From a virus, in the IMG/VR virus record IMGVR_UViG_3300017763_000006, positions 1 to 64,000 of that record: a stretch of 64,000 nt of DNA. One strand, written 5' to 3'. The notes under the pieces were generated by a model. That model worked only from the letters and a program-made list of their open reading frames with translations. It ran no database searches and was not told where the DNA came from. This document shows, piece by piece, positions 9,057 to 18,741 of the stretch. The translations under genes and the position numbers were made by a program. Positions within the stretch are counted from its first letter, which is position 1, and the number at the start of each line of letters is the position of its first letter.

Positions 9057-9387
9057 TGGCGATGATAATTCCAAAAAAGAAAAATTAGCAAGTATAGAAT
9101 TTTATATACAAGACCCAGATGACCCTAAGCCTAGAGTTAGTATTAACATTGACGACTACGACGAAGACTCAGTAAACTCACTATGTAAGATTGTGAACGT
9201 CTTAGCTGATGATACTTTAGTCCTAGAAACATATAATATCATACAAACATTTTTATTACAAGAAGAGAGAGAAGACATACTGTTAAAAGTATTAACTAAC
9301 ATTAGCCAACAAAAAACAATAAAGAGTAAATTCAAAAATGCCGATAGAAGTAGTGAACCATACATCAAACCTTCTGAATTAAAATAG
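9022..9387 (+). CDS. Hypothetical protein
   Basis: ORF. Confidence 0.6.
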   Translation: MFNFFKKTDQSDGDDNSKKEKLASIEFYIQDPDDPKPRVSINIDDYDEDSVNSLCKIVNVLADDTLVLETYNIIQTFLLQEEREDILLKVLTNISQQKTIKSKFKNADRSSEPYIKPSELK

Positions 9388-9396
9388 GAGTACAAC

Positions 9397-9510
9397 ATGA
9401 GCAACGGAAAAGGAGATAAGCGAAGACCTAAAAGTGTTTCATATGAAGAATGGTCTAAAAGATACAATGATATATTTAAGAAAAAGAAAGATAAGAAGGA
9501 AGGAAAATGA
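9397..9510 (+). CDS. Small basic protein (37 aa), not in the ORF track
   Basis: AGGAG RBS; MSNGKGDKRRPKSVSYEEWSKRYNDIF...; ATGA overlap with the next gene. Confidence 0.6.
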   Translation: MSNGKGDKRRPKSVSYEEWSKRYNDIFKKKKDKKEGK

Positions 9511-9929
9511 GTAATATTATTGGATGGCAAAAATATGAAAGTTTAATTGAAGAACAATTATCTTCTACATTTCTGACAGAAATCATTAGAACAAGTGCTG
9601 AAAATATTTCAGATGACCTTGAAGAAAATCAAGAAGAAGATACAATATACCAAGAAGAGGAAGAAGAACAGTATGAAGATGCCAAACTGATGATGCCAGT
9701 TACTAGTAAGCTAATTGAAGACGCAGTAATGATTGCTAGCTTTGATTGTTGGATTGGTCATACTAATTTTGATATTACCCAAGAAACAAAAAGAATACTA
9801 GATTCCATTGAAGGGGTAGAAGTACTCAGGATACTGAGTAGATATAGATTCTTCATTGGGGTTGGTAAAATGTTTAAGTTTAGTGACGTAAGAAATTCTA
9901 TTGAAAAAGTACTTTTAAAGGAGGACTAA
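9507..9929 (+). CDS. Hypothetical acidic protein
   Basis: ORF coupled to the sigma gene. Confidence 0.65.
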   Translation: MSNIIGWQKYESLIEEQLSSTFLTEIIRTSAENISDDLEENQEEDTIYQEEEEEQYEDAKLMMPVTSKLIEDAVMIASFDCWIGHTNFDITQETKRILDSIEGVEVLRILSRYRFFIGVGKMFKFSDVRNSIEKVLLKED

Positions 9930-10414
9930 TGATTGATATTCAAGATTGCATAGATACCAATATTGAAAGAGCGATGAAGGACAAGGATATAAAGAACATA
10001 ATGCACAAGGCTTCATCTAGGTTTATGAAGAATTTGGACTGTGATACAATATATACCTGTCAAATAAATGCTTTATGGAAAGCGTTCGTGAACTTTAAGC
10101 CAGAAAAAAATACTAAGTTTACAACGTATTTATATAAGGGTGTCATGATTGAGTGCATAAAGGCTGTCAAGTTTGATAATAAGAATAAATGCATGAATAA
10201 GCTTCATGACAATATCACCTCAAAGCGTGATAATTGCACCCTGCTTTTCGATTTGCTAGACGAACTGGAGACCAAAGAGGATAAGGATTTGCTCATGGAC
10301 AAGTTTAATAACATGACTATTGAGGAAATGGCCCAGAAACGGACGTATAGTAGAGAGACTGTCAGAAAAAAGCTGAAAAAGATCTATTCACACTTACGAA
10401 ACAGGTCTGTTTAG
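9929..10414 (+). CDS. Phage RNA polymerase sigma factor (sigma70 regions 2 and 4)
   Basis: ALWKAFVNFKPEKNTKFTTYLY (region 2) and MTIEEMAQKRTYSRETVRK HTH (region 4). Confidence 0.78.
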   Translation: MIDIQDCIDTNIERAMKDKDIKNIMHKASSRFMKNLDCDTIYTCQINALWKAFVNFKPEKNTKFTTYLYKGVMIECIKAVKFDNKNKCMNKLHDNITSKRDNCTLLFDLLDELETKEDKDLLMDKFNNMTIEEMAQKRTYSRETVRKKLKKIYSHLRNRSV

Positions 10415-10425
10415 TGTATAATTAA
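10414..10425 (+). promoter_or_regulatory. Putative late promoter motif GTGTATAATTAA
   Basis: The same core recurs upstream of probable structural genes at 16490 (+) and 50006-50016 (-). Confidence 0.55.
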
Positions 10426-10490
10426 TCAGGAACAGGACATAAAAGGAAGCGGATATTGTATAAATCTACACTTTATTTTAAGGAGACATT

Positions 10491-11150
10491 ATGTCTACAG
10501 TTCAAGTATCTGATGGAGCTTCCTCCGTCACTGCTACCAGTACCGTAAATGATGGTGGCGTTGTTGTAAATGGTGGTGCTATTGCTTCTAATGGCCCAAT
10601 GACCGTCAACAAGTCTCTTACAGACATGGCTGATGGTGGTACAGATTATGGCTCTAAGGTCGTCGCTCAAGATGGTACATCTGGCGATTACGCTGGAGTC
10701 AGCACGGCGGTTGGTTCTACTGGAGGTTTGGCTTTCTATCCAAACGCTCAGGAAGGCGAACGTAATTTTCTTATTGTTGGAGCAGGCACTGCTGGTGGCA
10801 ATAATGAAATTAACAATCAAGCCAGTGGCATTTTGACAAGTCCAGCTTCTGAAGTTGGTCTGAGAAATGTCAGCCCAATGCATCTGACAGTATCGACTCG
10901 TCAGCATGGTGCGAATTCTGACGCTGAATACAATCTTCTCGCCAGACCAAGTACCGCTATGGTTCCAAACCGTACCAAGGGTACTGGCGCTGGATCAGCA
11001 GCAACTTATGTTAACCCTGTTGATGGCAGTAGCGCTGTTGATAGTGAAATTCGTCCAAGTAGAGCAGTTCCGGGTGAACTCACATACATGGCTGGATCTA
11101 CAACACCTGTTACAGATGAGTATAAGGCAAAAGATAGCCGCGAAAGCTAA
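10491..11150 (+). CDS. Probable virion structural protein (G/S/T/A-rich)
   Basis: Strong AAGGAG RBS, own promoter motif and terminator, structural-type composition. Confidence 0.55.
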   Translation: MSTVQVSDGASSVTATSTVNDGGVVVNGGAIASNGPMTVNKSLTDMADGGTDYGSKVVAQDGTSGDYAGVSTAVGSTGGLAFYPNAQEGERNFLIVGAGTAGGNNEINNQASGILTSPASEVGLRNVSPMHLTVSTRQHGANSDAEYNLLARPSTAMVPNRTKGTGAGSAATYVNPVDGSSAVDSEIRPSRAVPGELTYMAGSTTPVTDEYKAKDSRES

Positions 11151-11170
11151 TCTATATTGTTGTACTAAAT

Positions 11171-11198
11171 TAATTGCCCCCTTAAATGGGGGCAGTTA
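11171..11198 (+). terminator. Hairpin, probable terminator
   Basis: TAATTGCCCCC / GGGGGCAGTTA stem. Confidence 0.6.
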
Positions 11199-11228
11199 TC
11201 TTAAACTTTATATATAGAAAGGCTGTCA

Positions 11229-11822
11229 ATGCTTAATATAAATCCAGAAATTGTAGCAATTATCATAGGGTCATGCAGTGGCATTCTTGGATTTTTTACG
11301 TTTGTTTGGAAAAAGTTTATCAAGCCAATCATGAAGCTGTGTCAAAATCAAGAATTCTTTGTTCAATCAGTAGAAGAGATAAGAAAAGAATTACAAACAA
11401 ATGGTGGAAGTAGCCTTAAAGATGCTATTATAGATATGAAGGATACTGTAAACAGGATAGATAGAAGACAAAAAATAATAGAACAAAGAACCAAAGCAGC
11501 ATTACATTATAGCAACGAAGCATTATTTGAAACAGATATAGCTGGCAGATTAGTTTGGAGTAATGCTCATTTTTGTCGATACGTCAGAGATAATCCAAAT
11601 GATATATCAGGATTTGATTGGTTAGCTACAATCAAAGAAGAGGAAAGAGACGAGCTATTAAAAGAATTTTTATCATGTATAAAAATGAATAGAAAATTTA
11701 GTAAAGTTACCGAAACACAGGACGGCAAAGAGATACGGATGTTAGGTTATCCTTATAAGATAACAGATGTAGAGCATGGTGGCTTTTTAGTTAGTATTAT
11801 ACCTAAAGAAGAAGAGGCTTAA
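11229..11822 (+). CDS. Membrane protein: TM + coiled coil + PAS domain
   Basis: N-terminal TM, NGGSSLKD coiled coil, then ALFETDIAGRLVWSN..F....ISGFDWLATIKEEERD PAS-like pattern. Confidence 0.7.
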   Translation: MLNINPEIVAIIIGSCSGILGFFTFVWKKFIKPIMKLCQNQEFFVQSVEEIRKELQTNGGSSLKDAIIDMKDTVNRIDRRQKIIEQRTKAALHYSNEALFETDIAGRLVWSNAHFCRYVRDNPNDISGFDWLATIKEEERDELLKEFLSCIKMNRKFSKVTETQDGKEIRMLGYPYKITDVEHGGFLVSIIPKEEEA

Positions 11823-11823
11823 A

Positions 11824-12042
11824 ATGGCAGACAAGAATTCAGCAGCATTTACTTTGAATGTAACAGACTTAATAGATATTGCTAAAAACACAGCACTAGT
11901 AGCACTAGCTGCTGGCTTAACGTATTTTGGCGAAAACATGGCAGACTTAGATCTGGGAAATATTGGAGTTATGCTAGTTCCTATTGCAGCAGTTGTTATT
12001 AATACTGTAGTTAAATGGGCTAAAAATAACGTACCGGAGTAA
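11824..12042 (+). CDS. Holin-like two-TM protein
   Basis: 72 aa, two hydrophobic helices, charged C-terminus, directly upstream of a hydrolase. Confidence 0.55.
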   Translation: MADKNSAAFTLNVTDLIDIAKNTALVALAAGLTYFGENMADLDLGNIGVMLVPIAAVVINTVVKWAKNNVPE

Positions 12043-12043
12043 C

Positions 12044-12967
12044 ATGATGTTTAAAACACCAAGAGACATACTAAAAGCTTACAAGGACGGCTTCGTAGGT
12101 TCATGGTGTGATCCAAAAGACACAGACAAACTTCTAGGAGAGTTGCCGCATCCGTTGTTCGGGGCGGCAGCTTCTAATTTATACGGAACTGGAGATCGCA
12201 AATTGGCACTCCTGTATAAATCTGTTCAGAAATTTGATCCTAGTTTTGGACCACACGAAAGGCAGACCACGGGAGACTGTGTGTCACACGCGACCAGAAA
12301 CGCTGTGGATGTGACTAGATGTCACGAAATAGTCGGAGGTGATAAAGAAGACTTTGTTGCCAGAGGTGCTACTGAAGCCATCTATGGATCAAGAGGTCAT
12401 GGAGGTCAGGGTATGTCTTGCTCAAAAGCCGCAAGATTTGTACATCAGAATGGCGGTATTTTAGTAAGAAAAGATTATGGTTTTATTGATTTTAGTAAAT
12501 ATAACAGCTCTGTTGGTTCTAGATGGGGTACAAGAGGCGTTCCTTCCGACGTTGTAAAAGAAGGAAAGAAACACCAAGTAAAAACCATTAGCCTTATTAA
12601 AACCATAGAAGAAGCCAGAGACGCTCTAGCCAATGGGTATGCTTTAAGTGTGTGTAGTAATTATGGATTTTCCTCACGCCGTAGCGAACATGGTATAGCT
12701 CGCAGGAGCGGGTCATGGAATCACGCAATGTGCTGGTGTGCTATGGACGATACTAGAACAGTACATAATGAAACATTATTTTTAATTCAAAACAGCTGGG
12801 GGGCATTTAATAGTGGCCCAAAAGCCCACGACCAACCAGATGGAAGTTTTTGGGTAAGAGAAAAAGATGCAAGAGGAATGTTAGCTCAAAATGGAGCATG
12901 GGTTTTCAGCGACGTAGACGGTTTTCCACCTAGACAAGTCGAATGGACAATTAACGAGGTATTTTAA
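12044..12967 (+). CDS. Papain-like cysteine peptidase (C1 family)
   Basis: QTTGDCVSHA (oxyanion Q and catalytic C), WNHAM (H), IQNSWG (N). Confidence 0.85.
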   Translation: MMFKTPRDILKAYKDGFVGSWCDPKDTDKLLGELPHPLFGAAASNLYGTGDRKLALLYKSVQKFDPSFGPHERQTTGDCVSHATRNAVDVTRCHEIVGGDKEDFVARGATEAIYGSRGHGGQGMSCSKAARFVHQNGGILVRKDYGFIDFSKYNSSVGSRWGTRGVPSDVVKEGKKHQVKTISLIKTIEEARDALANGYALSVCSNYGFSSRRSEHGIARRSGSWNHAMCWCAMDDTRTVHNETLFLIQNSWGAFNSGPKAHDQPDGSFWVREKDARGMLAQNGAWVFSDVDGFPPRQVEWTINEVF

Positions 12968-15900
12968 TGTCAACTCATTCTCAGTATCAAAATATTCAAA
13001 TTAAAAGAGATACAGACTCTAATTTTCAGCTACATAATCCAGTGCTAAAAGCAGGAGAATTTGCAAGGAGTACAGATTCTAAAAAGCTTAAAATTGGAGA
13101 TGGAACAACTGCTTGGAACGATCTTCCAGAGTTTTTAGATAGCGATAGAATAACTTACAAATTATTCCAATCAGTAACTGTGCCAGCAATAAATGCTCAG
13201 GCTGGAAAACAGCTTGCTCTTGATATTTCTGATGTAGGTTTAGATGATAATCATTTTCATTCTCCATTTTTAAATGCTGGTGATCTTCCTGATTATGTAC
13301 TTATTAAAAGTGCATTTATAAGCAATGATAAGACTACGCTATATGTTAATCTACTAAATACTGATTCCTCATTAGATGGTGGAGGTGTCTCAAGTTCTAC
13401 ACCCAACAATCCCTCCTTGTCTAAAATAATCGTCCTTTCTTGCATTTTTGTAAGACTAACTGAAATTTCTATACCATCTGTCACTACAACTCAACCTCCA
13501 GTGATTAGACCTCAACAGCTTTACTCTACTGGTAAAAATGAGTTTGGTCAACTCGCACAGTCAAACAAAATTGATCTTAACGAATTTAAAATCAACCATG
13601 ACGATGCCGACAAGTGGATTGATGCAGACTTAGGATACTATCACAGCTTGGCTGTAAAGAGCGGAGTTAGTAATGTTGGTGAACTTTATGCGGCTGGATA
13701 TAATTATTATGGACAACTAGGCAATGGCGAACACGGTGCTGGTAAAAACAAAACAGATTGGACCAACATAGGATCTTCTAGATATTTTAGAGATGGAACA
13801 GAATGGACAGAAAACACAGAAACATATGATAAAGTTAGTGCTGGATCTCATTTTTCATTTGCTGTAGATTCTAGTGGATATTTGTTTAGCTTTGGAAATG
13901 GCTCATACGGAGCTTTGGGTCAAGGAAACGTAAGTCTTTACGACAAACCTACGTTAGTTGGGAATCAATTATATTACTATCATAAAGCTGATACTAGCGC
14001 TTGGTTTAATAGTACCGCAAGTCAATCTAATTCTCCTTTTCAACACAATGGTTCAGCTGGTTCATTCTTAGATGGTGATCTTAGTAAATACATTTTACCC
14101 ACAGGTACTTTTACTATAAAAGGCGTACAATCTCAGTATGCAATTAAGTTAGAAAATTCTACTGGTAACATCGCTTTATCATCTTCCAGCACGGTAACTC
14201 ATAATAGTGAAACATATTATTATGGAGACGTTACTGTGACTGTTACAGACAAATTTGGCAAGGCTAGCCTATACTCATTGATACATGGCTATGGAGCCAA
14301 CGGTCAGGATATTTTCCTAGATACAAATCCTAACACTGGTTGGTCAGATGTTGACGGTGGAAACTCTCATTCTTTAGGCGTTAAAAATGGACAACTTTAT
14401 ACTTGGGGGCGAAATAACTGTGGTCAACTAGGAAATAACGACCACGCTCACAATGAAGTAAAAATTCCAACTGTTATTATGCCCTCTAAAACTAACTGGA
14501 TTACTGTAGCTGCTGGTAAAGAACATTCGTTGGCATTAGATTCTGACGGAGATGTTTATGCATTTGGCTGCAACGACGATGGGCAATTAGGATTTAATAG
14601 CTCAAGTAATCACGTTCATAATCCAACAAAGATAACTTTTGATTTTGCACTTGAGCAAGATGAAACATTTGAAACTTTAGCATATGAATCTTTTGCTAGC
14701 GTAGTTGATTTCAATGATGAAAAAGTTTTTGTGTTTCACAGTGGAGTAAGCGATCCTTCATACGATCCGGTAAAACGATATATAGTTCCAAGCGGTAATT
14801 ATGTAATCAAAAATGTGCCATCTCAATATCCTATTGCTATATTAAATGCAGGGCAGCAAGATAAGATTTCATATAATGGAGATAACCTTCATGGATGCAT
14901 AGAGCTAACTGATACTAATGCAGATGGAAAATATAATTTTTATTATGGTGACATTTATCTTAGTGTTAGTGGCATTTGGGAATCTGTTAGCACATACAGT
15001 TTTTATGATGGTTACATGGGCGGTCGGGGAGCTTTTCTCTCAGATAAACCACAATATGAGGTTAAAGATGTAGATGCTGGATTGTCTCATTCTGTTCTTC
15101 GTGTTAGCCCAAGCGGTAACGACAAAATAGGAACTATTCTAACATTTGGGGCCAACGGAGAAGGACAACTTGCAACTGGTGATAATCTGTCTAGAAAACA
15201 GCCCTATAGAGTTAATATAGATAATGTAAGGAGTATAGCTGCTGGTGGAAATCAAACATTAGCAATAGACAATCGAAAATACATATGGTCTATGGGTAAT
15301 AATCAATTCGGTCAACTTGGATTAGCAGATAAAGTAAATAGAAATCTACCTTCTAGAATAAATTCAGAGATCAAGTGGGATGAAGTTTACACTAACGGTT
15401 TTCATTCTATGGGTGGAGTATTTTGTTTTCAACCAAGTAGTCCTACTAGTATAGATGTTAAAAATTCTACTCAAGATTCAACAGTTGGCTATGGTCAACT
15501 AGCACTGAGCTGGGAACACTCTAGAGCATTGGAAGAAGTAGTTACTCATTACAAGGTTTCTTACCAAAAAAATGGTAGTACAACGTGGACTACTGTAAAC
15601 AATGTCCTTGCAGAAAAGTTTGAAGACGGCTACGAGGGAGGAGTTCCTCCTAATGTAGATGAGCCATTAACTCTAAAATTAGACAACTTAGTATTAGACC
15701 CACCAGATTATACTGCAAGCTATCTCATTAGAATTTCTGGAGTTAATTCTGCTGGCGATGGAGAATTTATAGAATCTTCTAGTGCAACTGTACCACAAGA
15801 AGCAGATAATGCTATATGGAATGCTGGTAGAGTTCAATTTTATTCACACCTAGATAGTGGAAATCTTTTTGATCTTACTGGAAATACTACTAGGATAGAA

Positions 15901-16485
15901 GAAGACTTTGAGACGAATGCTCCAAGATATCTCACAGGTCAGTTCGCTACGTCTCTAAGGTTATATCATTACGATAGTATATGTTATACAACTAACACTG
16001 ATGACATAGATCATGGCACAGTAGAATTTTTCTTTAGACCTAGAAATAATGCTTCTAATAGTCCTATTGTAACGCTGTCTACAGGAACTCAACAAAAACT
16101 ACAATTAATATACAGTGGTTCTAAAGATAATGGATATTCCATATCAGCTAAAGATGAAAATGACTTAGTAACATTAACGTCTCCAGTAAATACTGGTATT
16201 AGTGAAGATTCTTTTGTCCACGTAGCTTTGGTTAAGACAAGTGGAGATCCAACAGCCGCCAACGCAACTGATCCGTCTAGGATTAATCTCTTTATTGATG
16301 GAAGCGGTGTAGCTTTTGGCAAAGACTCTATAAACTATGGCAACATCACTCACATACTGCTAGGTTCTGGAACTAATTTCTATGACTTCGATGTTGATGA
16401 ATTAAGAATTTCAAACAGTTCAGTATATGATGATTACGATGGAGGCTTCTTGTCTTCAGTCCCGGTCAGGCCGTATGGCACGTAA
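12967..16485 (+). CDS. Tail fibre / receptor-binding protein (Mtd-N-like, RCC1 repeats, FN3, LamG-like)
   Basis: NPVLKAGE..KIGDGTTAWNDL N-terminus; repeated AG.xHSL..G..Y.WG.N..GQLG; FN3-like LSW..Y...IRISGVNSAGDG; LamG-like HVALV..LFIDG..DELRIS. Confidence 0.8.
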   Translation: MSTHSQYQNIQIKRDTDSNFQLHNPVLKAGEFARSTDSKKLKIGDGTTAWNDLPEFLDSDRITYKLFQSVTVPAINAQAGKQLALDISDVGLDDNHFHSPFLNAGDLPDYVLIKSAFISNDKTTLYVNLLNTDSSLDGGGVSSSTPNNPSLSKIIVLSCIFVRLTEISIPSVTTTQPPVIRPQQLYSTGKNEFGQLAQSNKIDLNEFKINHDDADKWIDADLGYYHSLAVKSGVSNVGELYAAGYNYYGQLGNGEHGAGKNKTDWTNIGSSRYFRDGTEWTENTETYDKVSAGSHFSFAVDSSGYLFSFGNGSYGALGQGNVSLYDKPTLVGNQLYYYHKADTSAWFNSTASQSNSPFQHNGSAGSFLDGDLSKYILPTGTFTIKGVQSQYAIKLENSTGNIALSSSSTVTHNSETYYYGDVTVTVTDKFGKASLYSLIHGYGANGQDIFLDTNPNTGWSDVDGGNSHSLGVKNGQLYTWGRNNCGQLGNNDHAHNEVKIPTVIMPSKTNWITVAAGKEHSLALDSDGDVYAFGCNDDGQLGFNSSSNHVHNPTKITFDFALEQDETFETLAYESFASVVDFNDEKVFVFHSGVSDPSYDPVKRYIVPSGNYVIKNVPSQYPIAILNAGQQDKISYNGDNLHGCIELTDTNADGKYNFYYGDIYLSVSGIWESVSTYSFYDGYMGGRGAFLSDKPQYEVKDVDAGLSHSVLRVSPSGNDKIGTILTFGANGEGQLATGDNLSRKQPYRVNIDNVRSIAAGGNQTLAIDNRKYIWSMGNNQFGQLGLADKVNRNLPSRINSEIKWDEVYTNGFHSMGGVFCFQPSSPTSIDVKNSTQDSTVGYGQLALSWEHSRALEEVVTHYKVSYQKNGSTTWTTVNNVLAEKFEDGYEGGVPPNVDEPLTLKLDNLVLDPPDYTASYLIRISGVNSAGDGEFIESSSATVPQEADNAIWNAGRVQFYSHLDSGNLFDLTGNTTRIEEDFETNAPRYLTGQFATSLRLYHYDSICYTTNTDDIDHGTVEFFFRPRNNASNSPIVTLSTGTQQKLQLIYSGSKDNGYSISAKDENDLVTLTSPVNTGISEDSFVHVALVKTSGDPTAANATDPSRINLFIDGSGVAFGKDSINYGNITHILLGSGTNFYDFDVDELRISNSSVYDDYDGGFLSSVPVRPYGT

Positions 16486-16489
16486 AATA

Positions 16490-16500
16490 GTGTATATTAA
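16490..16500 (+). promoter_or_regulatory. Putative late promoter motif GTGTATATTAA
   Basis: Intergenic, upstream of the AAGGAG RBS of the 16534 gene. Confidence 0.55.
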
Positions 16501-16533
16501 AAGGTTAATTAATCGCAAACAAGGAGAAATAAA

Positions 16534-16776
16534 ATGGGCGTAGTTTCAACAACAGATGTAGTGACTAATCCAGATACATCCAGAGAAGTAGCAACAAACG
16601 CTAGCGTTGTTTGTTCTTGCTTTCCAACTGGTGAATCATTTACTATTGATACTAATACAGATACTAATTTCGTAAACTTCGATACGAGCTTGACTTATGC
16701 TGCTTTAGAAACCAAGTATACTGGTCGATTCGATGATATAGCATATTATAATGCTGTTGATGGAGGAAGTCCATGA
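16534..16776 (+). CDS. Small probable virion protein
   Basis: Strong RBS, T/S/D-rich composition. Confidence 0.55.
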   Translation: MGVVSTTDVVTNPDTSREVATNASVVCSCFPTGESFTIDTNTDTNFVNFDTSLTYAALETKYTGRFDDIAYYNAVDGGSP

Positions 16777-17213
16777 AAGCGAAGCATTTGGACTATCTAT
16801 TTATCGCTGTAGCTGTAGCCATATTGTCTGTGTCTACATTTAATAATCTTTTTCCAAACCGCACCTCTTGGGGTAATGGTTTTAATGGAGGATTTGGGTG
16901 TAACACAGAAGATATCACAAACATGTATAGCGATTATGTAGAGACATGGAGGTTAGAAATATCTAAAAGCTTTGACACGGCAGTTAAAGAAGTACTTTCT
17001 GTAGATATACCGGAAGTTAAGAAAATTGATCCAGATCCAAAGAAATGTATCTGTGGAGGAAGCGGCACAATAGTTCACGGAGATGGACACAAAACCAAAT
17101 GCCCCCATCACGGTAAGGGTCAGTTTGGAAAAGACGTTATAATTAAACCATTAAGTAAGATTAAACTGGAGGAAACATGGACACAGAAATCATTCTCAGA
17201 ATTGTCGCAGTAG
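16773..17213 (+). CDS. Signal/TM protein with Cys-His motif
   Basis: N-terminal hydrophobic helix; CICGGSG..HGDGH..CPHH. Confidence 0.6.
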   Translation: MKAKHLDYLFIAVAVAILSVSTFNNLFPNRTSWGNGFNGGFGCNTEDITNMYSDYVETWRLEISKSFDTAVKEVLSVDIPEVKKIDPDPKKCICGGSGTIVHGDGHKTKCPHHGKGQFGKDVIIKPLSKIKLEETWTQKSFSELSQ

Positions 17214-17452
17214 TAGTGGCAGTTTTTATTCTTTGTACTGGAGTAGATTATTCACCAATAAAAAGCTTTATTACAAATCTTTTCAAGAGGAAGCCCAAGG
17301 TAATTGTGCCTGAAAATTCTTCTGTAAAATTTTTAGATATTGTAGAATCTTGGCACGTACTAAGAAATCAATGTGAAGCATACGGATTGCACGAAGCTGT
17401 AGAGAAAATAGACGAAGTATTTCCACTACTAAACGGAGGGGAAGATGTTTAG
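17177..17452 (+). CDS. Membrane protein
   Basis: GGAGG RBS, N-terminal TM. Confidence 0.65.
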   Translation: MDTEIILRIVAVVVAVFILCTGVDYSPIKSFITNLFKRKPKVIVPENSSVKFLDIVESWHVLRNQCEAYGLHEAVEKIDEVFPLLNGGEDV

Positions 17453-17903
17453 GAAAATAGTAATTATTGCTCTTTTGTTTTATTCTGTGTTTGGTAATTC
17501 ATTATTGTCGAATGTGGATGTAACGCCAGTTACGCCACCAACAACTATAATAGACATGGATAAGCCAGACGATAAAACTATTGAATCTGTCTCAGCCTTT
17601 TCCGATGTTATTACTGACCCAACAGATAGAACTAAAATAGCACTTTTTAATTATGAGTTTGCATCTAGAATCAATTCTTGGGAAAACATTAATAACCAAC
17701 AGATGAACGATGTGTATACTAAAGCAGGAAATAACTTTTTTAAGAACACTTTAGTCGATAAATATAATAGTTTAGCAGAGATGATTATCTCCTTAATGCA
17801 AAACTGCGTAGGCGATGATGCTCATATTCTTACTGACAAAGAAAAAGATGATATCCAAAAACATTTTTCAGCACTCGCTTGGGTGTTGGTAAATAAAAAA
17901 TAA
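17445..17903 (+). CDS. Exported or membrane-anchored protein
   Basis: Signal-like N-terminus followed by a Pro/Thr linker. Confidence 0.65.
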   Translation: MFRKIVIIALLFYSVFGNSLLSNVDVTPVTPPTTIIDMDKPDDKTIESVSAFSDVITDPTDRTKIALFNYEFASRINSWENINNQQMNDVYTKAGNNFFKNTLVDKYNSLAEMIISLMQNCVGDDAHILTDKEKDDIQKHFSALAWVLVNKK

Positions 17904-17913
17904 GGAGCTAATA

Positions 17914-18573
17914 ATGGCTGAATCAGCAGATACAAGAATACAGTTTAGAAGAGGCACAGCAAACGATTGGTCTACGTCTAATCCCACTCTTGGAACTGGA
18001 GAACCGGGATATGATACTGATAATGGAACTTTTAAGATAGGAGACGGTACTAACGGTTGGAATGCCCTCGCAGGAGCATCAGATGGATATACAACCAGCT
18101 ATGTAGTTGCAGATATTACTGGAGTTTCTGGAAGTAAAAACGATTGGAATCTAGAAAGCACATCTGCTAACCTTCTTAAAATAACCCCAACAGGCTTACT
18201 AACTATTACTGGCATTACTGCTTCCTACAACTATAAAAAGTTTACTATTCTTAATGATTCTAATTCTGTCAATATTAATTTAGCATCATCAAATTCAAGT
18301 AGCGTTGCTGCCAATAGACTTGTCTTTACAGAGGGCGTTGGTTCTATTATATACCCCGGTGAAAAAGTAGATTTTGTATATGACTCAGTTGATAACAATT
18401 GGCTAGTCCTAAAACATGGAATACCATCTAACACAAGACCAATTATCAATAAATACAATGGAGCTGGCAGTGCCGTGGTTAGTGGAGTATTTAATATTGT
18501 AATACTTAACCAAGACACATACAATAACCAAACAAGCAAAGATCCAAATACTATATATTTTGTACCTGAATAA
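17914..18573 (+). CDS. Short tail-fibre protein (Mtd-N-like)
   Basis: IQFRRGTANDW..NPTLGTGEPGYDTD..FKIGDGTNGWNAL; C-terminal KDPNTIYF. Confidence 0.75.
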   Translation: MAESADTRIQFRRGTANDWSTSNPTLGTGEPGYDTDNGTFKIGDGTNGWNALAGASDGYTTSYVVADITGVSGSKNDWNLESTSANLLKITPTGLLTITGITASYNYKKFTILNDSNSVNINLASSNSSSVAANRLVFTEGVGSIIYPGEKVDFVYDSVDNNWLVLKHGIPSNTRPIINKYNGAGSAVVSGVFNIVILNQDTYNNQTSKDPNTIYFVPE

Positions 18574-18591
18574 GCATAATGAGGTTTCCCA

Positions 18592-18741
18592 ATGAGTCCC
18601 ATTTATTTTGGTGATCAACCAATAGATAAAATGTATATAGGTCAAAATCCAGACCCAGTAACAGAAGTAGAGTTTGGAGGAGTAACAGTAAGCGTTTCTG
18701 GAGAGTTTGGTGAATTCCCACCTCCACCAACACCCGAATAG
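18592..18741 (+). CDS. Small fibre-associated protein (49 aa), not in the ORF track
   Basis: GAGG RBS; MSPIYFGDQPIDKMYIG..., fills the gap after the fibre gene. Confidence 0.5.
   Translation: MSPIYFGDQPIDKMYIGQNPDPVTEVEFGGVTVSVSGEFGEFPPPPTPE

Noticed and set aside
12967-18573. Diversity-generating retroelement suggested by Mtd-N-like domains
   Set aside because: No reverse transcriptase or TR/VR repeat pair was seen; this N-terminal module is common in fibres.
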